Source: Felis catus (Eukaryota). From it: DNA of 64,000 nucleotides. Below are positions 1 through 12,999 of the stretch, piece after piece; within the stretch, counting starts at the first letter, position 1, and each line of letters opens with the position of its first letter. Below the pieces are notes generated by a model, which was given only the letters and a program-made list of their open reading frames with translations, ran no database searches and was not told where the DNA came from. The position numbers were made by a program, and so were the translations under genes. Location of the stretch: contig NC_058368.1 of assembly GCF_018350175.1 (NCBI RefSeq), forward strand, positions 199,828,001 to 199,892,000, given 5' to 3'.

Positions 1-1039
1 TACGGGGTTGGCCCTTATTATGTCTCTGGCATTACTCATGGCTGCCCGCTCTGCATATCAGTCTTTCTCCATGGCTCTACTCCACACTCCTTAAAGGTAA
101 TTCTGATGTTCTCTACTTGGCACTTCACGCAGTGTCCAGCCTGTGGTGGATTAGCAGATCATGTCCACAACTTGGCCTCTTCTGCTTCTCTGCTTCAACA
201 AGGCCGGAACAGTGGAAGGACAGACTGGCATGCCAGGCCAGCTTTTGTTCTCTTTCCTTCCAGCTTTGCACTGCAATGGGGTTTAGCTTCTCAGGTAATA
301 CAGGCACTCTCCCTTCTTCTCTTTTTGTGCACTGGGATACGCTCTTACCAGCTGGTTTCAGACAGGCTTGAGGGAAGTAAGGTCTTGATAAGCCTACCGT
401 TACTTATTCCCAAAAAGCTCTACACTGGAGTTAAAAGCATCAGCTGGGCCAATAATAGAGTGGTGCCTTGTTTCCCAATAGCCATTGTCCTGTGTTTATA
501 TATATCTCAGGAATGTCATGAGAAGGTCATGGTAGGATTTAGGAATGTTTAGTGTCTTTGGTCTGGACATTACCCTATCAGCACCAGAATCTCACCATAA
601 GTTGCTAATACACTTGTCTTTTAACAATGTTTTGTATGCTCAGAGAGAATTGTGGAGGGAGAAAGGGGGTATGGCTGCTTCTCACTTTACCAGGACTCTG
701 CCTGCTAGATTCCTGTCAACATTTTTTCCCTGTTGGTCTTGTTCAGCTTCCAACCTGTAGTGGGCCAGTGGTTGAGTTACCTTCCAATCCTTCATAAGCT
801 TATTGTCTCTAATAGCATCTACTGCTGATAGTGTCTCTTTCTCTCAGATTTGTCTTGTCCCAGAAAAACTTTCACTTAAAAAGAACAACCTCAAGCTTGA
901 TGGCGATTGTCCTCAGCAAGGTCATACTTATGAAGCAGAACATCAGAGTCCCCCCGAAGGTCTCGTTCAGTTCAGACCTAAGTCAAATTACTATGGTTCA
1001 CTTTGTAGAGTACCTAAAGTGAATAATTTGGAAATGGGA

Positions 1040-2010
1040 CTTTCATTCAGTCATTCAGCAAACAATTATTGATCCCCTACTTGGTGCCAAATAGCACTCT
1101 GGGTTCCGGACACGCCATTGAACAAAAACAATGTGCCTATACTCAGAGACAGGGCAGAAGAGAGACAATGGGAGTATAAACATGGAAAGGTGATTTCAGA
1201 CAGCAATAACTACTATACAGAAAAGAAATCTGCATGGAAGGTGGGAGAGTGGCTGGGAGGTGAGCTGAAGTGCTCATGTATGTAGCCGTGCTCTGAAAGG
1301 TCTCTATAAAGAGGAGACATTTGAGCGGAGACTGAAAAATGGGAACCCACCAGCCAAGTGAAGATCTTGGGAAGACTGATCCTTCCAGGAAAAAAAGCAT
1401 GGGCAGAAGTTTTGAAGCAGTGATGAGCTTAGTGTGTTCAAGGGACAGACAAAGGACAGAATTCAATGGGCTTAAGGGTGAGGGGGTAAAACGTGAGACA
1501 GGACAGGCAGCCTGAGACCAGGTCAAGGAAGATCCTTTAAGGAATTTTAATGTCATCTGATTGCAGTAGGAAGCCACAGAGGGTTTTAATCTCGGCAGTG
1601 ACATTATTTGAATCATGTACTTGACAGTTCACAAGGCTTCCCTGAGGGGTGAGAAGGGAAGCAGCAGGTGGGCTGAGAAGCAGTTGCCGCAGTACCCGCA
1701 AGGGCTCATGTTGGCTTTGAGAAAGGACTGCAGGGATGATGGGGGAAGCCCATGGTCTGTTATCACATGTATTTTGGTTGTGGCATCAGTAGGACTGGTT
1801 AATGGATGAGATATGGGATGGTGACAGAAAGAGAGGAGTCAGGATTTTTGGTCTCATCAGCTGGTGCAGACAATCAGATATTTGTTTATGTTTGATATGT
1901 TAAGCCTGGTATATCTACTAGGCATTAATGTAGTGATGTTTGTTATGTGTGTCCGCAGCTCAGGGAAGAATCGGGGCTAGATATGTAAAATTGCGGGTCA
2001 TCAGCAAATT
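1040..2010 (-). mobile_element. L2 LINE remnant
   Basis: Starts with ttcattcagtcattcagcaaacaattattg, the reverse complement of the L2 3' end, followed by degraded L2-like body. Confidence 0.7.
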
Positions 2011-2716
2011 CATCTGCCAGATTCCAAGGTCATAGTATACCAACTATAACATCTGTCTAGCCTTTAACCACAGTATATGGTTATCAAAGCATAATAAGAT
2101 AACTGTTAGAGATGCACTCTCATATCCCAAATGATAATAATTGCTACTCTTTGGGTTTTCAACCAGACCGTTATTATCCTTTGGGATGACTGACAAACTA
2201 CAATATATGTTGCTTTCCAAGTCTCCTCATATTAGTTAATGCTTTTGTCCTGACTATTCATCTCCTCCCCTTAAGACCCCCTTAAGACTCATGATTCACT
2301 TCCTCCAAGATGTCTTTTGAGACAGTACCCTCTCGAGTGATAATTTCATTTTGTTTCCCTATCACACAAATAGGCATGCTCCAAAATGTGAATAATTTGG
2401 ATTCTAAATGTTTCTTAGAATTCAATTTTTTGAGCTTCGAACTTAAGCTCACACAGAAAAAAGATTATTAATTATAGCTCTTATTTGATAAGCCAAAAAT
2501 AGCCATTCAGTGGTTGAAAAGAACTCTAAAGGATCCAGACTGGAAGATCCAGGGTAAGTCTGAAACCTTCTGCGGCAACAGGAAGATAAGGTTCTAAAGG
2601 CAGGACTCTTGTGACCAGTGGACATCAAGACTGGCAAGGGAAGAGCTAAAGTTCTTCTACCTAAAGACAACTTTCAGAATCGTCTAATTTCCCCTGCATT
2701 GATTTTCATTATTTTA

Positions 2717-2944
2717 TTTTTTATTTTTTTAATTTTTTTTCAACGTTTATTTATTTTTGGGACAGAGAGAGACAGAGCATGAACGGGGGAGGGGCACAGA
2801 GAGAGGGAGACACAGAATCGGAAACAGGCTCCAGGCTCTGAGCCATCAGCCCAGAGCCTGACGCGGGGCTCGAACTCACGGACCGCGAGATCGTGACCTG
2901 GCTGAAGTCGGACGCTCAACCGACTGCGCCACCCAGGCGCCCCC
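2717..2944 (-). mobile_element. Young SINEC_Fc SINE
   Basis: Consensus-like with CpGs intact; TSD tgattttcattatttta at 2700-2716 and 2945-2961. Confidence 0.95.
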
Positions 2945-3374
2945 TGATTTTCATTATTTTAAAGGGAAACTTAAACCAGCAATGGGGGGGGGCATATATT
3001 TCCATATCCTTGAAGGTAGTTGATATAAATGTAACCATGGTTTAAATGTAACCATTACACAGCATTAAAAATTGGGAGCACTTTTAGGCAAAAATGAACA
3101 ATGCAAATGCACTAGAGAAAGGGAACTGCTATTATGAATTTACTATGGAATAGTTAGGGAAAGTTTTCTATCTAGGTTTTTAAAAAGTACCATTACACCA
3201 TCTCATTAATTATCAATCTGAAAGTTATCAACTCTCAAGGAAAGATCCTTCATTTAAGGATATTTGAAGATATCCATTCATAATATATTCATGTACCAAT
3301 TTGAACAAGCAGTTGGAGCCAAACATTAAATTTATTTAGTATTTGTATTGAAACCATAGAGAGAATATTCTTAC

Positions 3375-3492
3375 CAGTTGCCTTTTGGATTTATAAACTG
3401 CTGCACAGCATAGCCAAACTGCTCACTTGAAGGACCGGAAAATATCTTTGCTTCTAGGAGACCAACATTGTATGCCATACAATTTAAAATGC
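3375..3492 (-). CDS. ITGA2: Integrin alpha-2 exon 2: (G)ILNCMA|YNVGLLEAKIFSGPSSEQFGYAVQQFINPKGN(W)
   Basis: 118-nt exon between acceptor cttaatag| and donor |gtaag. Translation is nearly identical to the recalled human mature N-terminus YNVGLPEAKIFSGPSSEQFGYAVQQFINPKGNW. Not in the ORF track. Confidence 0.97.
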
Positions 3493-3674
3493 CTATTAAG
3501 AAAAATGAAAACATAGTCTATATTTACAATTTGTGAATATAGTTTTGTAATACAATTCTCAAAGACCACTTAAAAAAACCTGTTTTATGTAATAATTGTT
3601 TTCCTTATTAGTGTTTACCAAGAACACTATTAGTGTTTACCAGTACTTATTTGGGGTTCTGATACCATGCTAAA

Positions 3675-3882
3675 AAAATTTTAATGTTTTATTTATTTTT
3701 GAGAGACAGAGAAAGAGACAGAGCATGATCAGGGAGGGGCAGAGAGAGTGGGAGAGCCAGAATCCAAAGCAGGCTCCAGGCTGTCAGCACAGAGCCTGCC
3801 GTGGGGCTCGAACTCATGAACTGTGAGATCATGACCTGAGCTGAAGTTGGATGCTTAACTGGCTGAGCCACCCAGGTGCCAC
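3675..3882 (-). mobile_element. SINEC SINE inserted in a MIR-like remnant
   Basis: SINEC head and (CT)n/A tail; TSD ccatgctaaa at 3665-3674 and 3883-3892. Confidence 0.92.
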
Positions 3883-5559
3883 CCATGCTAAATACTTTAT
3901 ATACATGATTAAGTACCCCATTCATCCTCATGGCAACCCTAGAATATGATTGTTAATATTATATTTGTTTTGTAGGAATTTCTAAGGTTCCTGAAGAGAA
4001 GTGTGTCTCACACATGGAAAGAAATAAGGGTGAGGGCAGGATTTGAACACAGGGCTGTCTGATTCAACAGCTTGAATTCTTAAACCACATATTAACTCTA
4101 GAGACTTTTAAATAACTCTAAGCTGTTCAAAGGGCTGAAGGCTATCTACTTTTTCTCTTGAATCCCCAAGAAGATTTTGACACGGACTTTGTATGAAATG
4201 TCTGTTGGAAAAGCACTGCTGATTACCTCAGAGAAGGAGGAAAAATCACAGCCCCTTGAAAATTGTATCATTTTCTTTCATAAGAGATCATTTTTGAGGA
4301 TGAAAATGTAGAGAGTGGTGTCCTATCTCTTTTATTCCAGTGAGAACTGTCAAAAGTGGTTTTGGCTTTTGATGCTTCTTTCTGAATGCCCAAGAAACGA
4401 TAATCATTTTCAAAAACAACAAAGACCCTGATAGGATAAAGCCTTGCTAGACTTTTTGTTTTGAAAAACATTGTTTGTGATGGAAAGGGAATGAGGGGAA
4501 AGAGTATGGTTGATAGCTGTCCGTCCTTCGCTCTGAAGATAGAAGGATGTGTGGATATTAACGCTGCCTGTGGGAAGGGGAGTATGCTTCATCCTGTTTG
4601 AGATCTGTTTATTTTTGCAGACACCGAAGGCAGAGTGGGTTCTTTAAAACTGACATCCAAGTTCTACTAATATGTGTTTTCATGAAAGAATATCCCACTT
4701 TCTGGACAGCATTGAAAGTACGCAGTATTTCATCAATCTATTGTTACAGCCACTGGAAGGTTGGAGGAAAAGGGCTTGCTATTCCACTGTGCCTGCGCAC
4801 TCCTGAGAGCAGAGTGCAGAGTGCGCCAAAGGAACTATGAGGTCAGTGATAAAGCTTTGGGAACTTAAAGTAATTAACGTGCTTCTCTATGTGCCAAAGC
4901 CATTCTACCATCTCTTGTTCATTCAAGAGAGCTCAGCCTATTATTTCTTAAAAAGACAGTATGCCAGGAAGAGGACAAATAATAATTTTGAAATACTCTG
5001 CAGCAAAATCTACACAGCTCTACATTTGCAGATTTTCTCTTTAACATCTATTTCTCATATGCACCACTGCTCCTTTTTATTTTTCAGGAAATACAATGCA
5101 AAAGAAAATAACATAGGAAACTAAGGAGGGAGCTGGAATAGACATAGAATACTGGGGTCTTCAATCAACAATCCTGGTGTTTATCTTCACCCTACTGTGC
5201 AGAATGCGATAAACACTATTTAAATATGTTACCAATGCTCTAACATACTAGTAGAAGCTTCAGGAAATGACATCAAATGTCTAATGCTGGAAAGACCACA
5301 TATGACCATAATGACTCCTTTTAATTCATTAGACCTATTTGATTAGACTTCAGCAGATCAGGTAATGACATGAAATCACACTGGAATTCATTTTATCATT
5401 TAGCAGCTAAATTTCAATTTATGTATATACACACACATATATATGTATACCTATATTTGTATATTAAATATACATATATGTACATACATACACACATATA
5501 AAATATTGTTCAAAAACACAGATCATTCCATCTCTCTACTTAAAATACCCCAGTGTCTT

Positions 5560-5960
5560 TTATTAACTAATTAATTCTCAAGTATAGTTAACACATGTTA
5601 TATTAGTTTCAGGTGTAGAGTATAATGATTCAACAATTATACACATCACTCATGGCTCATCATGATAAGTATACTTTTAATCTTTTGTATCTAGTTCACC
5701 CATCCCCTTGCCCACCTTGCCTACTTCCCATTTGGCAGCCACCAGTTTGTTCTCTGTGTTTAGGAGTCTGTTTTCCTGTTTGTCTCTTTTTCTCTTTGTT
5801 TGTTTTGTTATTTCAATTCCACATATGAGCAAAATCATATGGTATTTGTCTTTCTCTGACTGATCTTTTTCACTTAGCATTATACCCTCTGGGTCCCTCC
5901 ATGTTGTTTCAAATGGCAAGATTTCATTCTTTTTTATGGCTGAATAATATTCCACAGCAA

Positions 5961-6010
<50 letters not shown>

Positions 6011-7015
6011 TCTTTATCCATTCATCTACTGATGGGCACTTGGATGGCTTCCATATCTTGGCTATTGCAAATAATACTGCAGTAAACATTGGGGTACATA
6101 TGTCTTTTTAAATTAGTGTTTTTGTATTCTTTGGGTAAACACCAGTAGTGGAGTTACTGGATCATAAGGTAACCATATTTTTAAGTTTTTGAGGAACCTC
6201 CATACTGTTTTCCACAGTGGCTGCACCAAATTACATTCCCACCAACAGTGCATGAGGGTTCCTTCTTCTCTACATCTATGCCAAGACTTGTTTTTACTTG
6301 TTTTTTTTTTTTAATTTATTTACACCATTCTAACAGGTGTGAGGTGATATCTTATTGTGGTTTTGACTTGTGTTTCTCTGATGTTTAGCGATGTTGATAA
6401 TCTTTTCAGGTGTCTCTTGACCATCTGGATGTCTTCTTTGGAGAAATGTTTGTTCATGTCTTCTGCCCATTTTTAATTGGACTTTTTTTTTGGTGTTGAG
6501 TTGTATAAGTTCTTCATATATTTTGGATATTAACCCTTTATTGGATATATCATTTGCAAATATCTTCTCCTATTCAGTGGGCTGTCTTTTTGTTTTGTGG
6601 ATGGTTTCATTCAGTATGCAGAAGCTTTTTATTTTGATAAAGTCCCAATAGTTTAATTTGCTTTTGTTTCCCTTGCTAGAAGAGATTTATCTATAAATTC
6701 TTTGGTGTTGAGTTGTATAAGTTCTTCATATATTTTATATATTAACCCTTTATTGGATATATCTATATCTATAAAATTTATCTATAAAAATGTTTCTACA
6801 GCGATGTCAAAGAAATTATTGCTTATGTTTCTTCTAGGAATTTTATGGCTTCAGGTCTCACATTTAGGTCTTTAATCCATTTTGGGTTTGTTTTTGCGTA
6901 TGATGTAAGAAAATGATCTAGTTTCATTCTTTTGCATGTTGCTATCCAGTTTTCCCAACACTGGTTGAAGAGACTGTATTTTTCCTATCGTATATTCTTG
7001 TTTGTTTTGTTATAG
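5560..7015 (-). mobile_element. 5'-truncated carnivore L1 (ORF2 3' end plus 3' UTR) inserted into an L2 remnant
   Basis: ORF 5677-5955 begins MEYYSAIKKNEILPF, typical of L1 3' ends. 15/17 TSD at 5543-5559 and 7016-7032; internal (AC)21 at 5967-6008. Confidence 0.92.
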
Positions 7016-7560
7016 AAATATCCCAATGTCTTATCAGTGCACTGACTATAAAATCCAGTTTTCATACCATGGTTTCAAAGGTCATTCATGATCTGACCTT
7101 GTGTAACTGGCTTCACTTTCACCACCCTCTTTGCTCACTATGTTCCAGCCACTCTGGCTTTCCTTCTGTCCTTTGAGCACAAGCAGCTCATTCTGCATTA
7201 TGGCCTTTGCAGCTGCTTGACCCACTGTCTACAACATTTTCTTCCCAACTCAGCAATCTATGTTGGGAATTTTCTTCCCAGCTCAGCATCTAACCTATTT
7301 ACTATTTAGGTCTTTGCTCAAACAGGTCTCTGCTCTCTTCATAGAGACTTCCCCTGACTCCTCTGTCTAGCAGCAACATCCTACTCCATCAATACACCAC
7401 TATCACAGCACTAGTTATCTGAAATTATCTTATGTATCTGCACTGTTTTGTGTCTGTCTCTGCCTAGTAAGACCTAAACCCCTTGAGAGCTCAGATCTTA
7501 TTTCTTTTATTCACTCTTTTTTTCTCAGCACCTAGTATAATATTTGTTGAATGAAATGAA
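7016..7560 (+). mobile_element. L2 3' remnant (continues from about 5520)
   Basis: Ends in the L2 terminal motif aatatttgttgaatgaaatgaa. Confidence 0.65.
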
Positions 7561-7723
7561 TTTTTGATTAATATATGCTCTTCAATGATAATTTGGAATA
7601 TAGAGAAAATTAGAAATAAAGCTCACTCATAGTCACATCATCTTAATGCAAGTGCAGTGAATTTGGATATATTTCCTTCCAACACTTTTTCTTCTATTAT
7701 TCCAAATTGTATCATACTATTTT

Positions 7724-7943
7724 TTTTTAATTTTTTTTAACATTTATTTACTTTTGAGAGACAGAGAGAGACAGAGCATGAGCAGGGAGGGGCAAAGAGA
7801 GAGGGAGACACAGAATCTGAAGCAGGCTCCAAGCTCCAAGCTGTCAGCACAGAGCCCAACGCAGGGCTCGAACTCACAAACCATGAGATCATGACCTGAG
7901 CCCAAGTCGGATGCTTAACCGACTGAGCCACCCAGGTGCCCCT
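7724..7943 (-). mobile_element. SINEC SINE
   Basis: SINEC body; flanking repeat atcatactattt. Confidence 0.92.
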
Positions 7944-10066
7944 GCATCATACTATTTCTTAACGCTTATGTCTTCTTACTTCTTTCAGAATCATTTTGAC
8001 TCATTTGATGCCTCAACAAACCTTGTGAAAAAGCAAAAATGTAGCTATTATTACCATTGTACAAATAAGGTTAGATGCCATTCTTCCTCAATGTCACATA
8101 ATTGGTAGCTGAGCTCGAAGTCTTGGTCTGGCTCATTTTCTCAGCCTTACTGTCCAGAACTTCCTTCATTAATGGTCTGCTCAATTCCTCACAAAAAACG
8201 TCATTTTCCATCACCATTCCTTATCCCATTGATCCCAAATCTCTTCTTTCCTGCTAATTCAATTCTCCCTTCAAGACCATGCCTCTTTTGATAAATCTGG
8301 ACAATTCCAATTCATTATACTTATTTCTCTTCAAATATATATTTACAACTCACTATCTATGTCATCATTTCACAACTTAGCCTATGATAATTAGTTTATA
8401 GTAAACTAAATGTAAGTATTCTGTCTAATCCAATATCTATTCCTTCTTTGAAGTCCCATTATGTATAGAAATATGTTTCTATGTCTATCCCATAACTTAA
8501 TTGAATAATATGGAAAATAACAACCATATTTGGTTCATTATATTCCCTTTCCCCACAACCATGCTTATATGTCTATACCCACTAATAAATGGATCATTCA
8601 AAACATATTTATCCAGCTCTTTTGCATCAGGCATTTTCTAGGTCCTGAGGATATAACAATGAACAAAACAGACACTATCCCTGCTGTCATTGAGCTTTCT
8701 TCTGGTAATATGAGTAAAAAACTAATACATCATAACAGGATGAGTATTAAATTTCAGAGAACTATAAAGAACTCTGAACCAAAAGTTGATAAGAGGGTAA
8801 ATCTAAGCCTGAAGGCTTCACAGAAGAGGTGGCAATTAATCCGGATCTTAAAGGATGAGTTGAAATTTACTACATAGAATGGAAGGCAAAGGTCATTCCA
8901 GGCACAAGGAATATCCTGCTCAGTGGTATAGAGATGTGAAGGACAAGAGTATGGAATAAAAAAAATTGGCGCAGAAAATCATAGACTGTTTCATTCATTT
9001 ATACATTTCCAGTTCTACATTAGATGCAGTGAGTTTCAAGGTGACTTGAGCTTCGCCCTGCCAGGGGCATATTATTACCCAAAGTATAAATCTTCCCTCC
9101 TGGTCCTTATGTGAATGCCTGTGAATGCAATAATAGTGCAACAAACTCAAAGGATTTATCCAGGGTAACCTTGCTGTGCATTAGTTAGCAGTAATGAAGT
9201 CCAAGCATTCCAGTGAATCTCACTAAAATTTGCTGCAAATATAAGTCCTGTATCCCCTGGACGTCTAACCAATCTTCACTATGTCCACAATCGTCTTTGT
9301 TGCCATTTTAATACCCATAGGCAAACCAGATAGATAAGCACAACTTGATTAATGCAGAATTCTTTTTTCTTTAATTCATTTAAAAAATTTTTAGAGAACC
9401 TTCTGCCTGGATAATTCTCACTCATCTATGAAGTAACTTTGGGGGGGAACCTTAATAATTTAAGAATTAGTTTCACAAATACAAAATTCATCCTCTCACT
9501 TTATTTTGGAAACCAATTTTAAATTATAAGATAATTCAAAAGAGAAATATATGTTTAGGGATTAGATATAGTTAACCCAGTTTTGTTCTTAGATTGTAGT
9601 GAGGCTCAAATAGGAACAAAATCTTTTGAAAATAAGAGCAGAAATAAATGCATAAAACCAAACAGGTCATTCTATACTCACTAACAAAAATTTGGCAGAG
9701 GAAGTTTATTGACTTCCAAAATACTATTGTAAGAGATTAATGACACATATTTATGGTAAAGGATGGCAGAAGGAGGGTCTAATTTGTGTGACCAAGGCAT
9801 AATTTAAGCATATCTCAATATGTTGAAGGGCTGGTGGAGCAGGCTTTTCATGGAAGGGGTTCATTTGCAGAAAGGTCCAGGGTAATATAAAGGAAGAAAT
9901 TCACATTAAGAGAATCAAGGCCAAAAGCAAGAGGTAGATTTGGGAAGAGTGGGACATTTTTAAAGAGGGTGATTAGATTGCATTCTGACCCATTCCTGCA
10001 GATGTATGCTGGCATTTTAGGGGGGCAATGTCTCTGTTAAATAGTAAACAAAGACACAAGAACACT

Positions 10067-10240
10067 GGGGCGCCTGGTGGCTCAGATCATGATCTCATAG
10101 TTTTGTGAGTTCAAGCCCCTTGTCAGGCTCTGCACTGGCAGGGAGGAACCTGCTAGGGATTCTCTATCTCCTCTCATTCTGACCCTCCCCGACTTACACT
10201 ATCTCCGTCTCTCTCAAAATAAATAAGTTAATTAAACAGA
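10067..10240 (+). mobile_element. Older, internally deleted SINEC
   Basis: ggggcgcctgg head, CT-rich segment and aaataaataa tail. Confidence 0.8.
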
Positions 10241-10249
10241 AAACATAAA

Positions 10250-10525
10250 AACTCTTCCAGTTGTAAAATAAATTATAGAGATGTAATGTACAGCATGGAG
10301 AGTACAGTTAATAACACTGTATCGTATAGCTGAAAGTTGCTAAGAAAGTAGATCTTAAAAGTTCTCATCATTAGAAAAACCTTTGTAGTTATATGTGGAT
10401 GGATGTTAACTAGACTTATCGTGGTGATCATCTCACAGTATCTGCGTATAGAGAATCATTATGTTGTACACCTGAAAGTACTATAATGTAACATGTCAAT
10501 TACATGTCAATAAAAAATAAAATCC
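10250..10525 (+). mobile_element. Old L1 (L1MA-like) 3' end, followed by (TA)n at about 10535-10579
   Basis: tgaaagttgctaagaaagtagatcttaaaagttctcat...tgtacacctgaaa motif of L1MA 3' UTRs. Confidence 0.75.
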
Positions 10526-10531
10526 AAATTA

Positions 10532-10583
<52 letters not shown>

Positions 10584-10787
10584 CTAGCAGTCACCAAGAC
10601 ATGGGGCAACATGCTTAGGGGACAATGGTTCCCAGGAAAACTGTGCTTGATAGTCCAGGAGAAACGCTCTCATCTAAATCAGATGCAGGTGAGACTCCAG
10701 GTGTGATCTGTCCTGGGGCAAAATTTCCCTCCATCTGTAGGTCTATGAACCTTGAAAATGAGTTGTCTATTTCTAAAATACAGTGGT

Positions 10788-12029
10788 ATATACACAGAAA
10801 TAAACTCAGAATGGATGAAAGACCTAAATGTGAGACAGGAAACCATCAAAACCCCAGAGGAGAAAACAGGCAACAACCTCTTTGACCTCAGACGCAGCAA
10901 CTTCTTGCTTGACATGTCTCCAAAGGCAAGGAAAATAAAAATAAACTATTGGGCCCTCATCAAGATAAAAAGCCTCTGCACTGCAAAGGAAACAATCAAC
11001 AAAACTAAAAGGCATCAGACAGAATGGGAGAAGATATTTGCAAATGACATATTGGATAAAGGGTTAGTTTCCAAAATCTATAAAGAACTTACCAAACTCA
11101 ACCCAAAAAACCAAATAATTCAGTGATGAAATGAGAAGAAGTCATGAATAGACACTTTTCCAAAGAAGAAACTCAGATGGCCAACAGACACATGAAAAGA
11201 TGCTAAACATCACTCATCATCAGGGAAATACAAATCAAAACTGCATTGAGATATCACCTCACATTGGTCAGAGTGGCTAAAATGAACAACTCAGGAAACA
11301 ACAGATGTTGGTGAGGATGTGAAGAAATGAGAACCCTCTTGCACTGTTGGTGGGAATGTAAACTGGTGCAGCCGCTCTGGAAAACAGTGTGGAGGTTCCT
11401 CAAAAAATTAAAAATAGAACTACCCTATGACCCAGCAATAGCACTACTAGGAATTTATCTAAAGGATACAGAAGTGCTGATTCATACAGGCACATGTACC
11501 CCAATGTTTACATCAGTGCTATCAACAATAGCCAAATAATGGAAAGAGCCCAAATGTCCATCAACTGATGAATGGATAAAGATGTGGTTTATATATACAA
11601 TGGAATACTACTTGGCAATGAGAAAAAATGAAGTCCTGCCATTTGCAACAATGTGGATGGAACTGGAGGGTATTATGCTAAGTGAAATAAGTCAGTCAGG
11701 GAAAGACAGATATCATATGTTTTCACTCGTATGTGGAACTTGAGAAACTTAACAGAAGATCATGGGGGAAGGGAAGGGGAAAAATAGTTTCAAACAGAGA
11801 GGGAGGCAAACCAAAAGAGACTCTTAAATACAGAGAACAAACTGAGGGTTGATGGGGGGGCATGGGGGAGAGGGGAAAATGGGTGATGGGCACTGAGGAG
11901 GGCACTTGTTGGGATGAGCACTGGGTGTTGTATGTAAGTGATGAATCACAAGAATCTACCCCTGAAACCAAGAGCACACTATATACACTGTATTTTAGCT
12001 AACTTGACAATAAATTATATTAAAAAAAT
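10788..12029 (+). mobile_element. 5'-truncated felid L1 (ORF2 C-terminus plus 3' UTR)
   Basis: L1 ORF2 peptides ([12 protein letters not shown]...[41 protein letters not shown]), A-rich tail, perfect TSD taaaatacagtggt at 10774-10787 and 12029-12042. Confidence 0.95.
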
Positions 12030-12970
12030 AAAATACAGTGGTGTGATAGGTATGTGACAGACATTTCTATTTCACAAGGGAGACTTTAGAAGGGATGAAG
12101 GGTCACAGGTACCAAGAAAGTTTAACATAGCAGGTCAAATTCCATTAGGTTCCAAGTCTTGAGAATAATCCTCTGTTGCTCAAGGCACTGTCCTCTGGCC
12201 TACAACAGTTCTACTGGTCTCTGCTTCTCTGTCCCCTTCAGTCCAAGGTGGCAGCATTTCTGCTGAAACAACATTCCTAAAAGCTGGTAGGTCTCCTGTG
12301 TACATCCTGGGGATCTAGGCCATTATACAAGAGAGCTCTCCACAGATCTTTCCTGGATAATTCCGTCTCTATCCCTGGCCTCTGCTGAGATGGTTGAGAG
12401 GATCTGTGAATCACATGCCTAATCTGTACTGCAAAATTTTCCAACCACACCCTTGGCCTTCTCTTCAGAGCAACACTTTCTTAACAATGAGTCTCCTAAT
12501 ATTAGCTTTTATTTTTGTAATCTGGATAGGCTGAGAGTTTCTTATATCATTAAGTACTGTTCTGTTTTGTTGAGAAGTTTCTTTCTCAATTTATCTCTTT
12601 CCTCTTGCATTTTACTACTCGTTAAGGAAAAAGCAGGCTGCACCTTCAACATTTTGCTGGGAAATCTCCTCCGCTAAATATTTACATTCATTGATTGACA
12701 TTTCCGCTTTCTACACAACTGGAGGACACAGGTAGCATAAATTTTCTGCCACTATGTAACAAGGATTACCTTCCCTTTGGTTTCTGATAGTGGGCTCCTC
12801 ATTTCCTTCTGAGAACTTCACCAGAAGTGGTTTCAACATTCATGTTTCTACCAACAGTCTCTGAAAGGCAATCTTCAAAGATCCTCTATCCAAATAAGGT
12901 AATATTCATGGATTTTTGGGAACTAGGACATAGTCATACCTTTTGGGACTACCATTCAAATTCATACAAT
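12030..12970 (-). mobile_element. ERVL-MaLR (MLT1-like) internal sequence and LTR remnant; its other part lies at about 10600-10787, split by the L1
   Basis: Recognisable MLT-int motifs (tctggataggctgagagtttc, ggaaatctcctccgctaaata). Subfamily not determined. Confidence 0.65.
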
Positions 12971-12999
12971 GGGTATGCCAAGAATGTAAGATCCTGACT

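Noticed and set aside
106..1072. 148-aa and neighbouring ORFs at the window start
   Set aside because: No recognisable protein; they lie antisense within ITGA2 intron 2, and I found no match to ITGA2 exon 3.
7737..7931. Recurring MAQSVK.PT.AQVMIS... ORFs (also 3689, 17103, 42823, 50868, 61564) as a peptide family or tRNA genes
   Set aside because: Translations of SINEC consensus sequence. The SINE heads are tRNA-derived but are not intact tRNA genes.
10752..11539. L1 ORF2-like ORFs as an active retrotransposon or host gene
   Set aside because: 5'-truncated ~1.2-kb copy with stops and frameshifts; no promoter, ORF1, endonuclease or RT core.
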